Source of the DNA: Adineta vaga
Lineage: Eukaryota; Animalia; Rotifera
Assembly (NCBI GenBank): GCA_021613535.1
Contig: CP075492.1
Coordinates: forward strand, 4,154,001 to 4,218,000
Direction of reading: 5' to 3'
DNA: 64,000 bases
Below, piece after piece: positions 52,077 through 64,000 of this stretch. Each line of letters opens with the position of its first letter. Within the stretch, counting starts at the first letter, position 1. The notes beneath the pieces were generated by a model that saw nothing but the letters and a program-made list of their open reading frames with translations, was not told the origin of the DNA and did not search any database. The position numbers and the translations under genes are program-made.

Positions 52077-53986
52077 TTATTCGATTGGTAGACGATTAGA
52101 TTGTTTTATAATTGGATTTATTTGTCGAGATTTCTTTCCATCTATTTTGATTTTCGCAACAGAGTTGGAACTCTTTGATTGTAATACGCTGGAATTATTT
52201 GGTATGTATATCGTGTTGTCTTTTTTAGAGAATATTGAATAAGAATCAGTCCTGTATGTAATCACTTGCGACCTTGTTCCAGGCAATTCTGTAAAGTTTT
52301 TAACTCTCTGAATGATGACATTCTGTTCAGAGCAGTTTCGGTGAAATATCGGAATAGCATTGCGCTTTTTGATTTTCTTGTTCGAAACACAATTCAAATC
52401 TATACATCGATCGATATGATAAAATTCCACAGATTCTTTTTGTTTACATCCAAGAACACGACCAGCAAACAAACTAAAAACTTAAACTAATAGAATGAAG
52501 AAGAAACGTATTTGAAAACAAACCACAGCTTATAATGGTAAAAACAACAACATAATGTTATTACTGCAAGAAGAACTAAACCGATAAGTATTCCAGTTAA
52601 TATCCAAGTACCAGTTTGATCTAGAATTGAAGTTGTCAGTAAAATATAAGAGGAATGATAACAAACCTTTGAGTTTTGTTTTGGTTGTTGTTATACTACA
52701 GTTTTCACCGGGACAAGAGCAAAGTTCATTTTGTGATACATAAAATTTGAAACAATACTGTGCTGATTGTGCATTTTCACTAAATATTAAAAAATTGAAT
52801 TCTTTTATAATCTTTTTTTATGTACCTATCGAAAGCCATTGCACACATGAGTTGATAACCAAGCTGTGCGATTGTTGGTGTCCATGTCAAAGTTTTGTAA
52901 TAGATTGTCGAGTTTTCTTTAGTAATATTACTGGCAATCATACCCGCAAATGACAATGTTGAAATATCTACAATGGTCACATTTGGACCGCAATTATTTT
53001 GAGCTTTCAATTGTGATATCAATGTTTGTCCAACACGTATAGGCATACATGATTGTTCAAGAGGTAAGCCAATAATTTCAGGTAAGGCAGAGCAAGATGA
53101 TGCACTAATCACATAAACTAAAAATTGAACAGGTACAGAACTAAGTGCAGTGGTACTTGATGAATTGATAAAGTCTTCAACCTATTTTCAAAACGAAAGA
53201 TTAATTAATTAAGAAAACAAACATGATCAAACAAACCGTTATTGCAACAGCATACCAATCACTAAGATTTCGTCCAGTTATAATGATTGTACAATTAGGA
53301 TAAATCATACTATGAGGTGGTAATGAATTCGGTGGACATACATCACGACATTCATTGATACCATTCGATTTGTTTGCCCATCGGCAACGAATAAAATCAC
53401 TGTCAGCATCAGCTACAGGAATGACAATACGAATAGTTTTATTATAAGGAATATTGATGGGTGACATGACCGTAGCAACAGGCGCACTATTAAAATATCC
53501 TGTATCAGATCTTGGTTTGACAATAATACGTGTACCAATTGCCCAACCAGCATTTGTATCTGTTGCTAATGGACGCCATGAATAATCTCTAAATGCTGCT
53601 GCAAAATCATCATTTATATCTAAATATACTGTATCTAAACGTTGTCCCATTGTAATTCCAGCTGCTACTGAAAAGTCTGTACAACGAGGAATGACACTGA
53701 TATTTGGATATCCAATTGCACCAGTAGCACAATTATATATACACTCAAGTACTCGAGCTGAAAGTGATGCATAAGATGGAACATATGAATTACTGGCAAT
53801 TGTTGCTTGAGTGCATGGGACGAGGGTATAAGCCCATGAATATGTTTGAGTAATAACAATAGCAACTGGAGATCCTGTTGCTGTTTTATTCAACGGACGC
53901 CACGAGATCGTACCACCAAGAAAATGATTTCCATGAACAATTGTTCCTAAACCAAAACATAATGTGATCACATAAATAACGATCAT
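52077..53986 (-). CDS. Signal-peptide, single-pass membrane protein with beta-rich ectodomain (uncharacterised)
   Basis: Signal peptide then HFLGGTISWRP and NSAPVATVMSP...IPVADADSD.IRCRWA. TM exon near 52530-52610, basic cytoplasmic tail. Confidence 0.7.
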
Positions 53987-54439
53987 TATCAATGATGAAA
54001 TCTTCGAATGAATATAAATCGATCACTGAAAGAGTTGCTATATGTTTTTAACTAACTTACTTATATGGGTGCAAGACAAACTCAGATGCTATAAGACAAG
54101 TAGACACTCAATATTATATTCCAAATTTATTCAAAACATTTTTTATCAAAAAGACATAAAAATTTATTTTATTTTGAAATAAAGCGAATTTTCGTGCATA
54201 CAAATCAGTCGAATGCTGTTTTAAATGTCACAGTCAGTATTTGATTTGCACTATTTTCAGAAAAGAACAAATTGACATAAACAAAAAATAAACTCTCAGA
54301 ATAAAATCAGATTTGTTCATGGAAAGTAATCATATCAAATGTTGATTTGGTGCGGTGACATAAGGTAAAACCTGACCATTGATCAGCGAGACTGTCCAAC
54401 TCAAAATTAATATTTTGACAAACTTTAATCAAATGCTTA

Positions 54440-54640
54440 TCCCATGTCAAACAATACGAGCCGTTTCCGGTAGGAAAACACTGGGATATGGAGGTAGTAT
54501 TCCAATTCGAAGTTTTTCGGTCTTTTTTCGATGATTCCCGACCGGTTTCTGTCGGAAACTGATCGGAATCCACGGGAACAAAATCGAACAAATTTCCAGT
54601 TGAATGCTGCCACGCCTGTGTGTCCAAACTTGACTGAGAA
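54440..54640. repeat. Possible short interspersed or non-autonomous element remnant
   Basis: About 200-bp island with higher GC than its flanks, CCGG/CGGAA-rich, bounded by imperfect inverted ends CCCATGTCAA...TTGACTGAG. Only one copy in the window. Confidence 0.35.
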
Positions 54641-56033
54641 ATTTGGATTTCCTATCGTCGATTCCACTAAGAATAAGACATCGACGAATGGTTGATTATA
54701 AGTAATAGCTCTTGATCAATGCTTGTTTTGTCGAAGACTTTAAAATCATGAGTATTCATAAGTGTGACTACAAGAAAAGAGTCTTTGCGTTATGACAACA
54801 ACTCGTTTCATATTCACATACTTTGTGTTGAAGATTGAGCCATAGGTATTTAGATTTCAAGATACACTTGAAGAAAACAATTAAGATTAAATGAACCTTT
54901 TCTTTTCTTCCGTATATATGATTTCCATCGCCGTCACTGATTCGAACAATGATTTTTTTTGTGATATTTGCTCACTGAACGTCAGGCTTATAAGGTAGGT
55001 ATATAGATGGTGTTCATTATTAGAGAAGTGATCTACAGTGCTTTCATCTTGTACAAATAACTTGTATCAACCGCTAGAATCTACAAAAATCAGTTTGAAT
55101 TTCTTATTGTCTGCTCATCTTATAACACCCGCTAATGTTACACAAAAAGAAATTTTCTTCATTTATAATAGAATTTTAGGCGATCACCTATGAATATATG
55201 TGAATTTGGATTCTTTTTTAGCGCTAAACATTAATTAATTCGACGGAAAGTCATTTCTCATCTTCAAACACAAGGCACAATCAAGAGATTGTTCCTCTAT
55301 GCTGCTGAATTTTGCTCGATAGAAAGAATATCCTTGATTGGATTTGACTCCCGTGACGAATATCATACTTGAAGAAAGAAAAGGTGATGAACTATTCATA
55401 TGTCGTTAACCATATGCAATAACTTATCGGATAATAGAAGATCTCAAGACAAATTTTCCATTAGATTATCTTCTATCGAATAGTATATTATCTGAAACAC
55501 GATAATGATCAAGAAAACAAATTAAAGTATTTGGTACATTAATGTATCTTTGATATCTCAACGTCAATTTCTCTTTAGAACTATTCTCTCCGTTCTCTTC
55601 GCAATAGCATTCATCAACTTTTGACAATGGACAAATCTATTGGAGAGAAAAATGACGTGAAATCTATTTTATGTTAAATAGCGCATTTGATTTATCTTAA
55701 AACTGCTCTTCGATGTATGAAAAGCTGAATATGTATAAGTTCTACTTTTGAAACTGAAGAATTCAGATGACAATAATTTATTGATGACAAATTAAATATA
55801 GTACAATTAATCATTATCAATAAGAAACGAAACTGGCATAAATACAAAATTGATAATGACGGAAAAAGAACAACGACGATAAGCAAAAAACTGATAATTT
55901 GACAAAAAAGAAAACAAGAGAACATTCTCAAGAAGAAAAATGACATGCGATTAAGAGAAGGCATTGCACACAACTATCATTTAAGTTGTAAATCTACAAA
56001 GAAAGAAAGAAAGAAAAACGACATCGATTTTGC

Positions 56034-58205
56034 TTATTTAGATAGTATAGACATAGTTCTTTGCGATTGTTTATCAGATGTTAAATTTGAATTTGTTGCC
56101 ATTTGTTTTTTATCTGTTAATGTCACAACATTACTTGCTTTTTCTGTTAATGGTGTTCGTTTAGTTGTCTTTCTATTTTGTCCATCACCATTACCGCCAC
56201 TTCTGTTACTTTCATTGGATGAAAGTCCAGTTGGTGATCCTAATGATTCATCGAGTGATTTCATTAATTTACTTGTATTTGATCCTTTTAATTTTTTAAT
56301 ATGCCAAACATGCATATGTCGATCGAGACTACCACTAGCGAGAAGAAACTCCATAGAATTTCCACATTGAGCAAGAGCTGTACATTGAACAGCACGTGTA
56401 TGTGCACGTCGTTGAACATGAAGTTTATCTCCATTGATTGCTGAATAAAGACGAATATCACGATTATCCAATGGAATAGCAAGAATATCGTGTGATAATG
56501 ATATACGATTGCACGGTGAAACACATTCAAGTGAAATTAATGGTGAACAACTTGTTGAACGTGAATCCCATATATGAACAAATCCATCATCGGATGATGA
56601 AACAAGACGATCATTACCAAGAAATAAAGCAGAATTAACAGCTTTTGTATGACCATTAAATATTTGAACTGAATGACTAAGAGTTCGACAATCCCATAAA
56701 CGAAATGTTCCATCACCTAATAAAAAAAAACAATAAAATAAAACATATAAAAATCGAACTATTAATAGAGATAATGACCTTGTCTTACATTGTTTCTCAT
56801 AAATATTTACTTATCACTACAATCATTGTTTCCATTCTTAGATGGCATATAATCAAACAAATGTAAACAAAATATTTTGTATCTATCATGCATTAAATAT
56901 TTACCCTTTTGCCTTATGTATTATATTTTCTCTGCTTGAATTCATCACAGGAAACATTTGTTTGTATCTTCAGGATATCAATCTAGATTCGACCTAATTT
57001 TTTTCCGGCATTCCTTTTTATTTAACATAGGAAGTCCATTAAAAAAAGGCACTTTCTACATAGTCCAGTACACTTGTTTCTTGATGAAAATCTGTTTTTT
57101 CACAAGCTTAGCTTAGTATTATATAAATAGCTCTTTTGTTTTCGTATCTTAATCTCAATTTCAAAATAATCTCATATCTAAGATTAGTGATGAAAGAAAC
57201 TATGCATTCAAACTTTTGTTTTAAAGACATAGTATAAACTTACGTGAGGAAGTAATAACAAGTGGTTTTGTTTGATGGCAAGAGACATAAGTTAATTCTC
57301 CATCATGTCCATAAAGTGTTCGTAGTGATGTTCCCGTTTCAATCTATTTATATTGTTTATATATAGAAGAATGAATGAATGAAAGACTTCTTTAATTGAC
57401 AAACCTGCCAAAGTGTTGCACTTCTATCCCATGAAGCAGAGACAATTTGATCACGTTGAAGCCAATCTGCACACGATAAAACATCATCACAGCGTAATGT
57501 TGACAATGGACTCCGAATTGTTTGTGTAATCACTTCATTGTCTTCATCATCATCGTCTTTATTATCATCGAGATTATATTTCCAAACATGAACTTCATGA
57601 TCTCCACTTGCTGTTGCAACTAGATCATGATCAAAAGATCCAAATCGGCATGAATTAACACTTCCACGATGACCTTGATATTGTAAAAGAGGACGTCCTG
57701 TTTTTCTCGACCAAATAACAGATGTTTTATCAGCTGAAGCTGAACCAAAAAAACGATCATCTGAACCACCAATCTAATTATTAAATATGATAATAAAGGC
57801 AGAATAATAAACAAAATAGCGAACCTGAACATCCCAAATAACATCTCGATGTTGATCTGTTGATGAAAAAATTAAATCATCTGATGGATTTCCTGTTCGT
57901 AGTACGACTCGATTTTTAATCATTGGAAATATATTTGCTGCACGAAGTTTACTCGTTGTGGTTACATGTGGTTGATTTTGATGATTTAATCCACCATAGC
58001 GTTCTAATTCTTTCCGTAATGCAACATTCTCTAATAAAACAGCTTCAAATTCTTTTTCCACTTGACGTAATAATTGACGAAGGCGAACTTTTGATGCAGA
58101 TGGATTTTCCAATGAAGATAAACAAAGATTTGTTACACCAAGTAATGGATCAACATTACTGGTTTCAATTGATGTATTTAATGGATCTGAAGTTTCACCA
58201 AGCAT
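56034..58205 (-). CDS. WDR37: WD repeat protein 37
   Basis: LRQVEKEFEAVLLENVALRKE coiled coil, HRDVIWDV, GSASADKT, YQGHRGSVN, SASWDRSA, IAIPLDNRDIRLY. Confidence 0.9.
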
Positions 58206-61200
58206 TGTTGCACATCTGAAACGAATCATTCGAATGATATGATCATATTTCTTGTTAACACATACTTCTGACGAATAGTAGCTAGTTTTTGTCGTGGATC
58301 TGACATTATAATACAAAATGAATTAGATTTATTTGTTTAATAAAGAATTTCTTTTTTTCAACCATTATATCGAAAAGAATAACACCCGGAACAAAGAACA
58401 GGCAGGAAACCTTGACAAGAATATGACGAGAAAAAACTGTCTATTGATGATTGAATCGTTCGTCAACTCGGTCGTGTCTGGATCAATGAGCGGCACTTTT
58501 CGATGTCATGGGAGAACAAGAGAAAGAAGGAGAGATATTTCGTCCAAATTATCTATCTGTCTCTCTTCTTATCAATGTTAGTAATAACGAGTGTTATTTT
58601 TACGTTCGAACAGCTTTTATTGTTCGTAGATGTTTTTCTCTTTAGAGAAAAACGACAGACTTGACAGGACGATACTTTACAGAGGAAAATATCTTTTCTT
58701 ACAGGCATAGATAAGATGCACAAACACAGGCATATTTCCTTTATTCGACAGGAAGAGAAAATGAGGAGGAAAACAGTTTCATCTGCCCTTTCATTAGTTT
58801 CATATTCCGAGTAGTAAGAAATGTTCTATAATAATGCTGATTAATTATTTATGATAATAATAATAAACAGATTCATTTAGATCTTAAATACGACTTTTTA
58901 TATCACAAAAACATCATCGAATCTTAACTATGATAGATGTAACGAAAAAGAGAAGCTAATCAATTCTATTTTATACATGCAATTCAAGTAGGAGAGAAAA
59001 AAGAGCAATACTATAGATAAGCTCAAAATGAATATCTATTTATCAATAATAGATTTTTTTCAATGAGTATCATTGAAAAGCAACAAAAAAAATGGAAAGA
59101 AAGAAGGAAAAATGAGACGAGTCAATTAAATGAAGATCATCGAGGGTGGTGAACATAATTGTCGAATCAGATATCTTCTTAAAATGTGTATTGAAAATGA
59201 CAGACTAATGTGTGGCGACAACTATAGTCTATCTTATCTATGACAAATGTTTTCTCTTCAGAAGATGTCAAAAATAATGATAAATTATTATAGAATCAAT
59301 GACCTTTAAAGTTGATAGCTTATGGTATTTAGTCTATTAATCAAATCGAACAATTTTTTTTTGTCAAAGTTTTCCTACATGAATAATAACACTTAAAAAA
59401 ATGGATGTTTTTCAATGTCCATAATTCGACATTTTCAGATTATATGAAAAGGAGATCAATATGTTTAATATCATGAATGAACATCAGAATGTATATTACC
59501 GTAGTAATCTTGATACACATGGTTGAGATATTTTATGATTAAGATCGAAATTAATCGGTCAATATAAACTATAATTTCACGCGAATGAAAATTTTATTGT
59601 ATATATTCAAGACATGTCTATGCTGTAAAATTAAATTATAAATCTTCGAAATCATCTAGTTCCTAATAAAATAACATTTGCAAATATGTTCTTGAAAATT
59701 TGTCGTTCATATTAATCAAGTCATTTTTCTAACTTCACAAACAATCAAAATCCTAAACGATAACGTTTGCATTGCATGAGATGTAGAAACGGAAATGAAT
59801 AGTAACGAAAGACAAACATATATTGAAGGACTATTGCATGGCTCAAGCAGGAAATAGCTAAAGGTTAAATTCACTCAATTGAACCAACAATCGAAATAAT
59901 TCCTAAAACTTCTGCATCAATCTAGATTTTCAATTTATTTTATAAATAAAATTATCATAAACTTTTCGAAAGAAATTTATATACGAGATTTAATATTCAT
60001 CAAAATTAAGTTTGCTTATTTTAATCTATTCTTAAAGCAAAAAAAACTCTCTTCTACATGATTGATTTCCATGTTTCTCTAAAATTCTTTTGAAAAATGA
60101 CAAAAGATTAATTTATTCCATAATCATGTTGACGAACATGAATTTTTTTTGTGTCAAATTGACATGTCGAATGAGGTTTTAATTTGTAATTAGATTGTTA
60201 TTTAAACGTCTATATGCATCAACTTGAAATGACGTTGTACTGTTCATTACGGTGTCAACTGTACAAAAGTGGTCGGATAATGATTTTGAAAAAACTTCTT
60301 TCATTCTACATGTAAGTAGAAATGTCTCAAATTTTTTTTCTTCTTCAGTCAATGTCGGTCAAAAAAAAACTCATTTTTTTCTTCTTCTTCTTTTCTCACA
60401 CACGTTCGTTACTCGGCCAGTTCAACTCCGCACTCACTTTACATATACTTTTGACTTATTCTCTCGTCTTTTTTCTCTCTTTCTCCTGTTCAAATGGACA
60501 CGCAATTTAAAGTCGAATAAGAGCGATAGAGAGGAAAAAAAATGAACGCATACAATGCATATATCACAACATCAGCTTCATATGTAATACAGGTACATCA
60601 TTATTTCGTATTTCTTTTTACTTCTCTCCTCAGAAATATTGTGGATTAATCTCAGTCATTTTTCTGTGTATTTGTAGACATTGATTTTCTTTTTGTTAAA
60701 GATGAAAAGATATGTTAATAGTAGATAGGTCATCTAATGAATGCGTTTCGTTTGTAGAATGATCATCAATATTGAGAGAAGGATTTGTCTCTTGTACAGG
60801 AAGAAAATTCATTGAGATGAGTTCAGTTTATCAAATGAGAATACGAGAAGTATATGACTCGATGTTTTATTAGCTTATTTCAATGAGTTTATGATATAAA
60901 TGTAAGTATCGTTTTGAAAAATGGATAAATGATGGTGATCAATTATATCAATGAATATTGATAGAAGTTAAAGTAATGTAAGTCAATATCGAAATAAACT
61001 CTTTGTAATGTTGTAAAATATTGTTTTACATTAAAATCTGGCGACAGTTGTACTCATTTCTTTTTACAAGAGTATTATTACAAACATCAGATTGAACAAG
61101 TTATTTAATGGAATGTTATTATAAGAAAGAAAGAGAAACTCAAAGAACATAACTTTATTTATTCAATTCAAAGATACGTTTCCCAAGCGATACATTTATG

Positions 61201-62675
61201 TTCTTGTTCATGTCATTCTTTTCAGTGAACTCATCGTCTCACTTGGTGGTATTCCCAGCAGATGTATATATACACATGGAAGACCTTCCGACCTTCATTC
61301 TTTTTCGCAGACTCATTAGAATTACTATTCTTTTTCTTTCTTCTCATTTTTTTTCTTTTTTCGGCACACGTACCACTTATATCTTCAAGGTTTTTTACTC
61401 TCGGTACCAGTACACAGATGCTCTATAAAAAGCTATTAGAGTGGGTCACCCAATTATTATCTTTTCCTACACATAACGCTAAGAAAAAAAAATGCTCAAG
61501 TAAGAAAAAGAAGAAGAAGAAGAAAAAAAAGATTACATCATGAGAGACCTTGTATTCACGCCTACATGAGTTTCTATGTATTTCAATTCGAACTAATTTA
61601 ATTCCCGATTTTTTTTCTCAGGAAAAAATGTGTTTAAGAAATAACTTGTTTAACACGATTCTCGTTTTCTTTTTTTCTCCATTGAATATATTATATAAAA
61701 CAATACGCCTTATCAGATTGTTTCATTCATAGGTATGTGTACTGGAGATTAAAAAATCGACATGTATATGTAGATGAGGAGAGTAAAAGAGAAAACAAAT
61801 GATATTGAGAGAAGAAACTGTGTACATGTGTGAGATATCATTCGTTATCTTATTATTTGTTTGAGAATTAAATCAAGAGATGAATATTTTCGCATTCACT
61901 TTCATATGAACATTGACATCAACTTAATCATTTTTATCGTTTTTTTGCTTAAGACGATGAAGTTATTTGGTATGACCATCACACATTCGTTCATTTTTCT
62001 TATTTGCTTTACGTTTTCTTTTTCGTCTTCTAGACAGACTATCGGTCATTTTCTTTCTCTTTCTCTCTCTATCTCTCTCCCCGTTCATATCCATCTATCG
62101 TTAACGTCATAGACATTCGTCGTTGTTATTGTGATGTTCATCATCTATGCACCTTCGAAAACGAAAGAATAGGACAACGAACATCTTATCTTTCGTTGTC
62201 CAATATTGAGGTTAACAAATAGAACTTTCTTTCATAGACGACTCATCCGTTTTCTTTTTCTGTTTGCTACTGTTGCTTAAATTGAGAATGATGCAATAGT
62301 TATAACTAACAGGTGCCTCTTTTGTTTGATTCTTTGAATATTTCTTTCTTTTTTTTTTCAAGAATATCGTTCAATGATGGACATGAGTTTGCTTTGTTTT
62401 TATTGCCCCAGACGGACAACGCGACTGACCGATTGTATATCGTTTCTTTCTTCTCACCTTCGCCCAAGAGCTACATTGAACCGATTGATAAAGAGTGAAA
62501 GTAAATAAATCGACTAGAGTATAGAATCATATTACGACAAAGCGTGTTCGTGATTGTAATCAATTTCTTTAACGAAAAAATCTCTTTCTAGACAGCAGTT
62601 AAATATGTAAGTTGAGATTGAGATAAAGTATGAGTTTATCTTTACTTTCAGATGGTTAAGTAGAAAATTTTTCTG

Positions 62676-64000
62676 ATGGAAAGTGAAATTCTTCAAACAA
62701 ATACAATGCAACATCAACAAGATGAAAAAGATGATAGTGGAATTGAACAAGACAATAGTTTTATTTATATACGAATTGCTATCGAAGATTTAAATTTACA
62801 AAAAGTACTTAAATTTAATCTTGATGATACTGTTTGGAGTGCAAAACAAAAAGTTTTACAAGTTCTTGTTCGAGTAAGAAGCAATATGATATGTTCGGTT
62901 TGATTTATATTTGATTATTTTGTAGGAATTAATCGATGGATTAAATTTTGGATTATACCTACCGCCGAGTAATGGTCGAGCGGGAAAATTTCTTGATGAA
63001 TCTCGTTGTTTAAGAGAATATCCATTAAGTGGATCTGTTAGTTATCTTGAAGTAAGGAATATCTTTGAAAGAGAACCAAAAAATAAAGACGAAGATTTAT
63101 TTGTTTTAGTTTAAATATAAACGACGAGTTTATAAAGCAATTCATCTTGTACAGAAAAATTTGAATTCAAAAGTAAGTCGTCGAATGATTTGAATGAAAG
63201 ATTTTGAATTGATGAGATATGATAAATTTAGATTAGTACAAAGAAATTTATCGAATGTGTCAAAACAAATCAAGTTTCAAAAGTGTCGAGATATTTAGAA
63301 AAAGGATTTGATCCAAATTTTCATCTTTCTAATGATGGTAAGTTCATGAAGTTTACATAGTAGAAGACTTTCAAGAAGACAACGATGAACTATTTATATA
63401 TAATTATAATAAAAAAAAAGAATCATTTCGAAGTCAGGGTTAAACGAATCGATATAACTAACTTCACTTCCACTTCTCTATCTTATATAAGAGTTCATAA
63501 TGACATGCACTTGATAAACAATACGATGAGAGGTTTGAATAAGTACATACTTCTCAAGTTTTGCCTCATATCAATCAACACTGCCTAGAGACATTTGGAT
63601 TTTTCAAAAGAAATAGTTCGCTGATAAGCAACGTGTTTGTTAATTTAGAAACTGCATTATCATGTGCATGTGTTGATTTACTCGAACCTCGATCAATGAT
63701 AATGACCTTGGTCAATGGTGGTGCTCATCTCGACTTTCGAACGCGTAATGGTGGTTTAACACCACTACATAAATCAGCTATACATTATCGAAAAGAATCG
63801 ATTGTCGTAAGTTGTATTGTTTATTTTTGTCAATCCATAGAAATTTTCTTTTTTCTTATTCAAACTAGACACTTCTTGAGCTTGGTGCTTCACCCAATGT
63901 TTATGATGAGAAAGGTTTAACTCCACTCTATCATACAGTTTTAAATAAACAATCGGAATCCATTAATGATTCAGCATATTGTTGTCAATTATTATTGCAA
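62676..64000 (+). CDS. SHANK: SHANK/ProSAP, 5' part (N-terminal SPN/FERM-like domain and ankyrin repeats); runs off the window
   Basis: NFGLYLPPSNGRAGKFLDESRCLREYP, YLEFKYKRRVYK, GFDPNFH, LVNGGAHLDFR..GLTPLH. Confidence 0.92.

Noticed and set aside
58333-62500. Short Phe/Leu/Lys-rich ORFs upstream of SHANK and similar ORFs elsewhere
   Set aside because: Low-complexity AT-rich UTR, intron or intergenic sequence with no recognisable motifs.

Overview
AT-rich eukaryotic DNA with many short (about 50-65 nt) GT-AG introns. Metazoan housekeeping genes (MRPS26, CDC50/TMEM30, GRAMD1, ZMAT5, CCDC59, FKBP8, SLC35F, Deltex, cyclin C, WDR37, SHANK) are mixed with genes from mainly non-metazoan families (MgtC/SapB, CitMHS_2-type antiporter, HSL esterase, ART, GNATs). 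This mix suggests a bdelloid rotifer (inference). Main result: two convergent paralogous genes (5924-8072 + and 27746-29893 -) that the ORF track splits into four pieces are each one reading frame of 695 codons. The layout is N-terminal domain, ubiquitin domain ending LRLRGG, acidic linker, in-frame UGA #1 (codon 412), helical domain, then an iodothyronine-deiodinase-like domain with in-frame UGA #2 (codon 565, GSYT-U-PPF). Each copy has a type-II SECIS hairpin in its 3' UTR, with compensatory base changes between copies. This points to a ubiquitin-deiodinase selenoprotein with two recoded UGAs. The window also holds a 4.6-kb, 93-bp variant-coded minisatellite, an HSP70 pseudogene, a decayed antiporter duplicate, a possible host-exon/MgtC chimera and operon-like gene spacing. 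All calls come from reading the sequence; no database searches were run.
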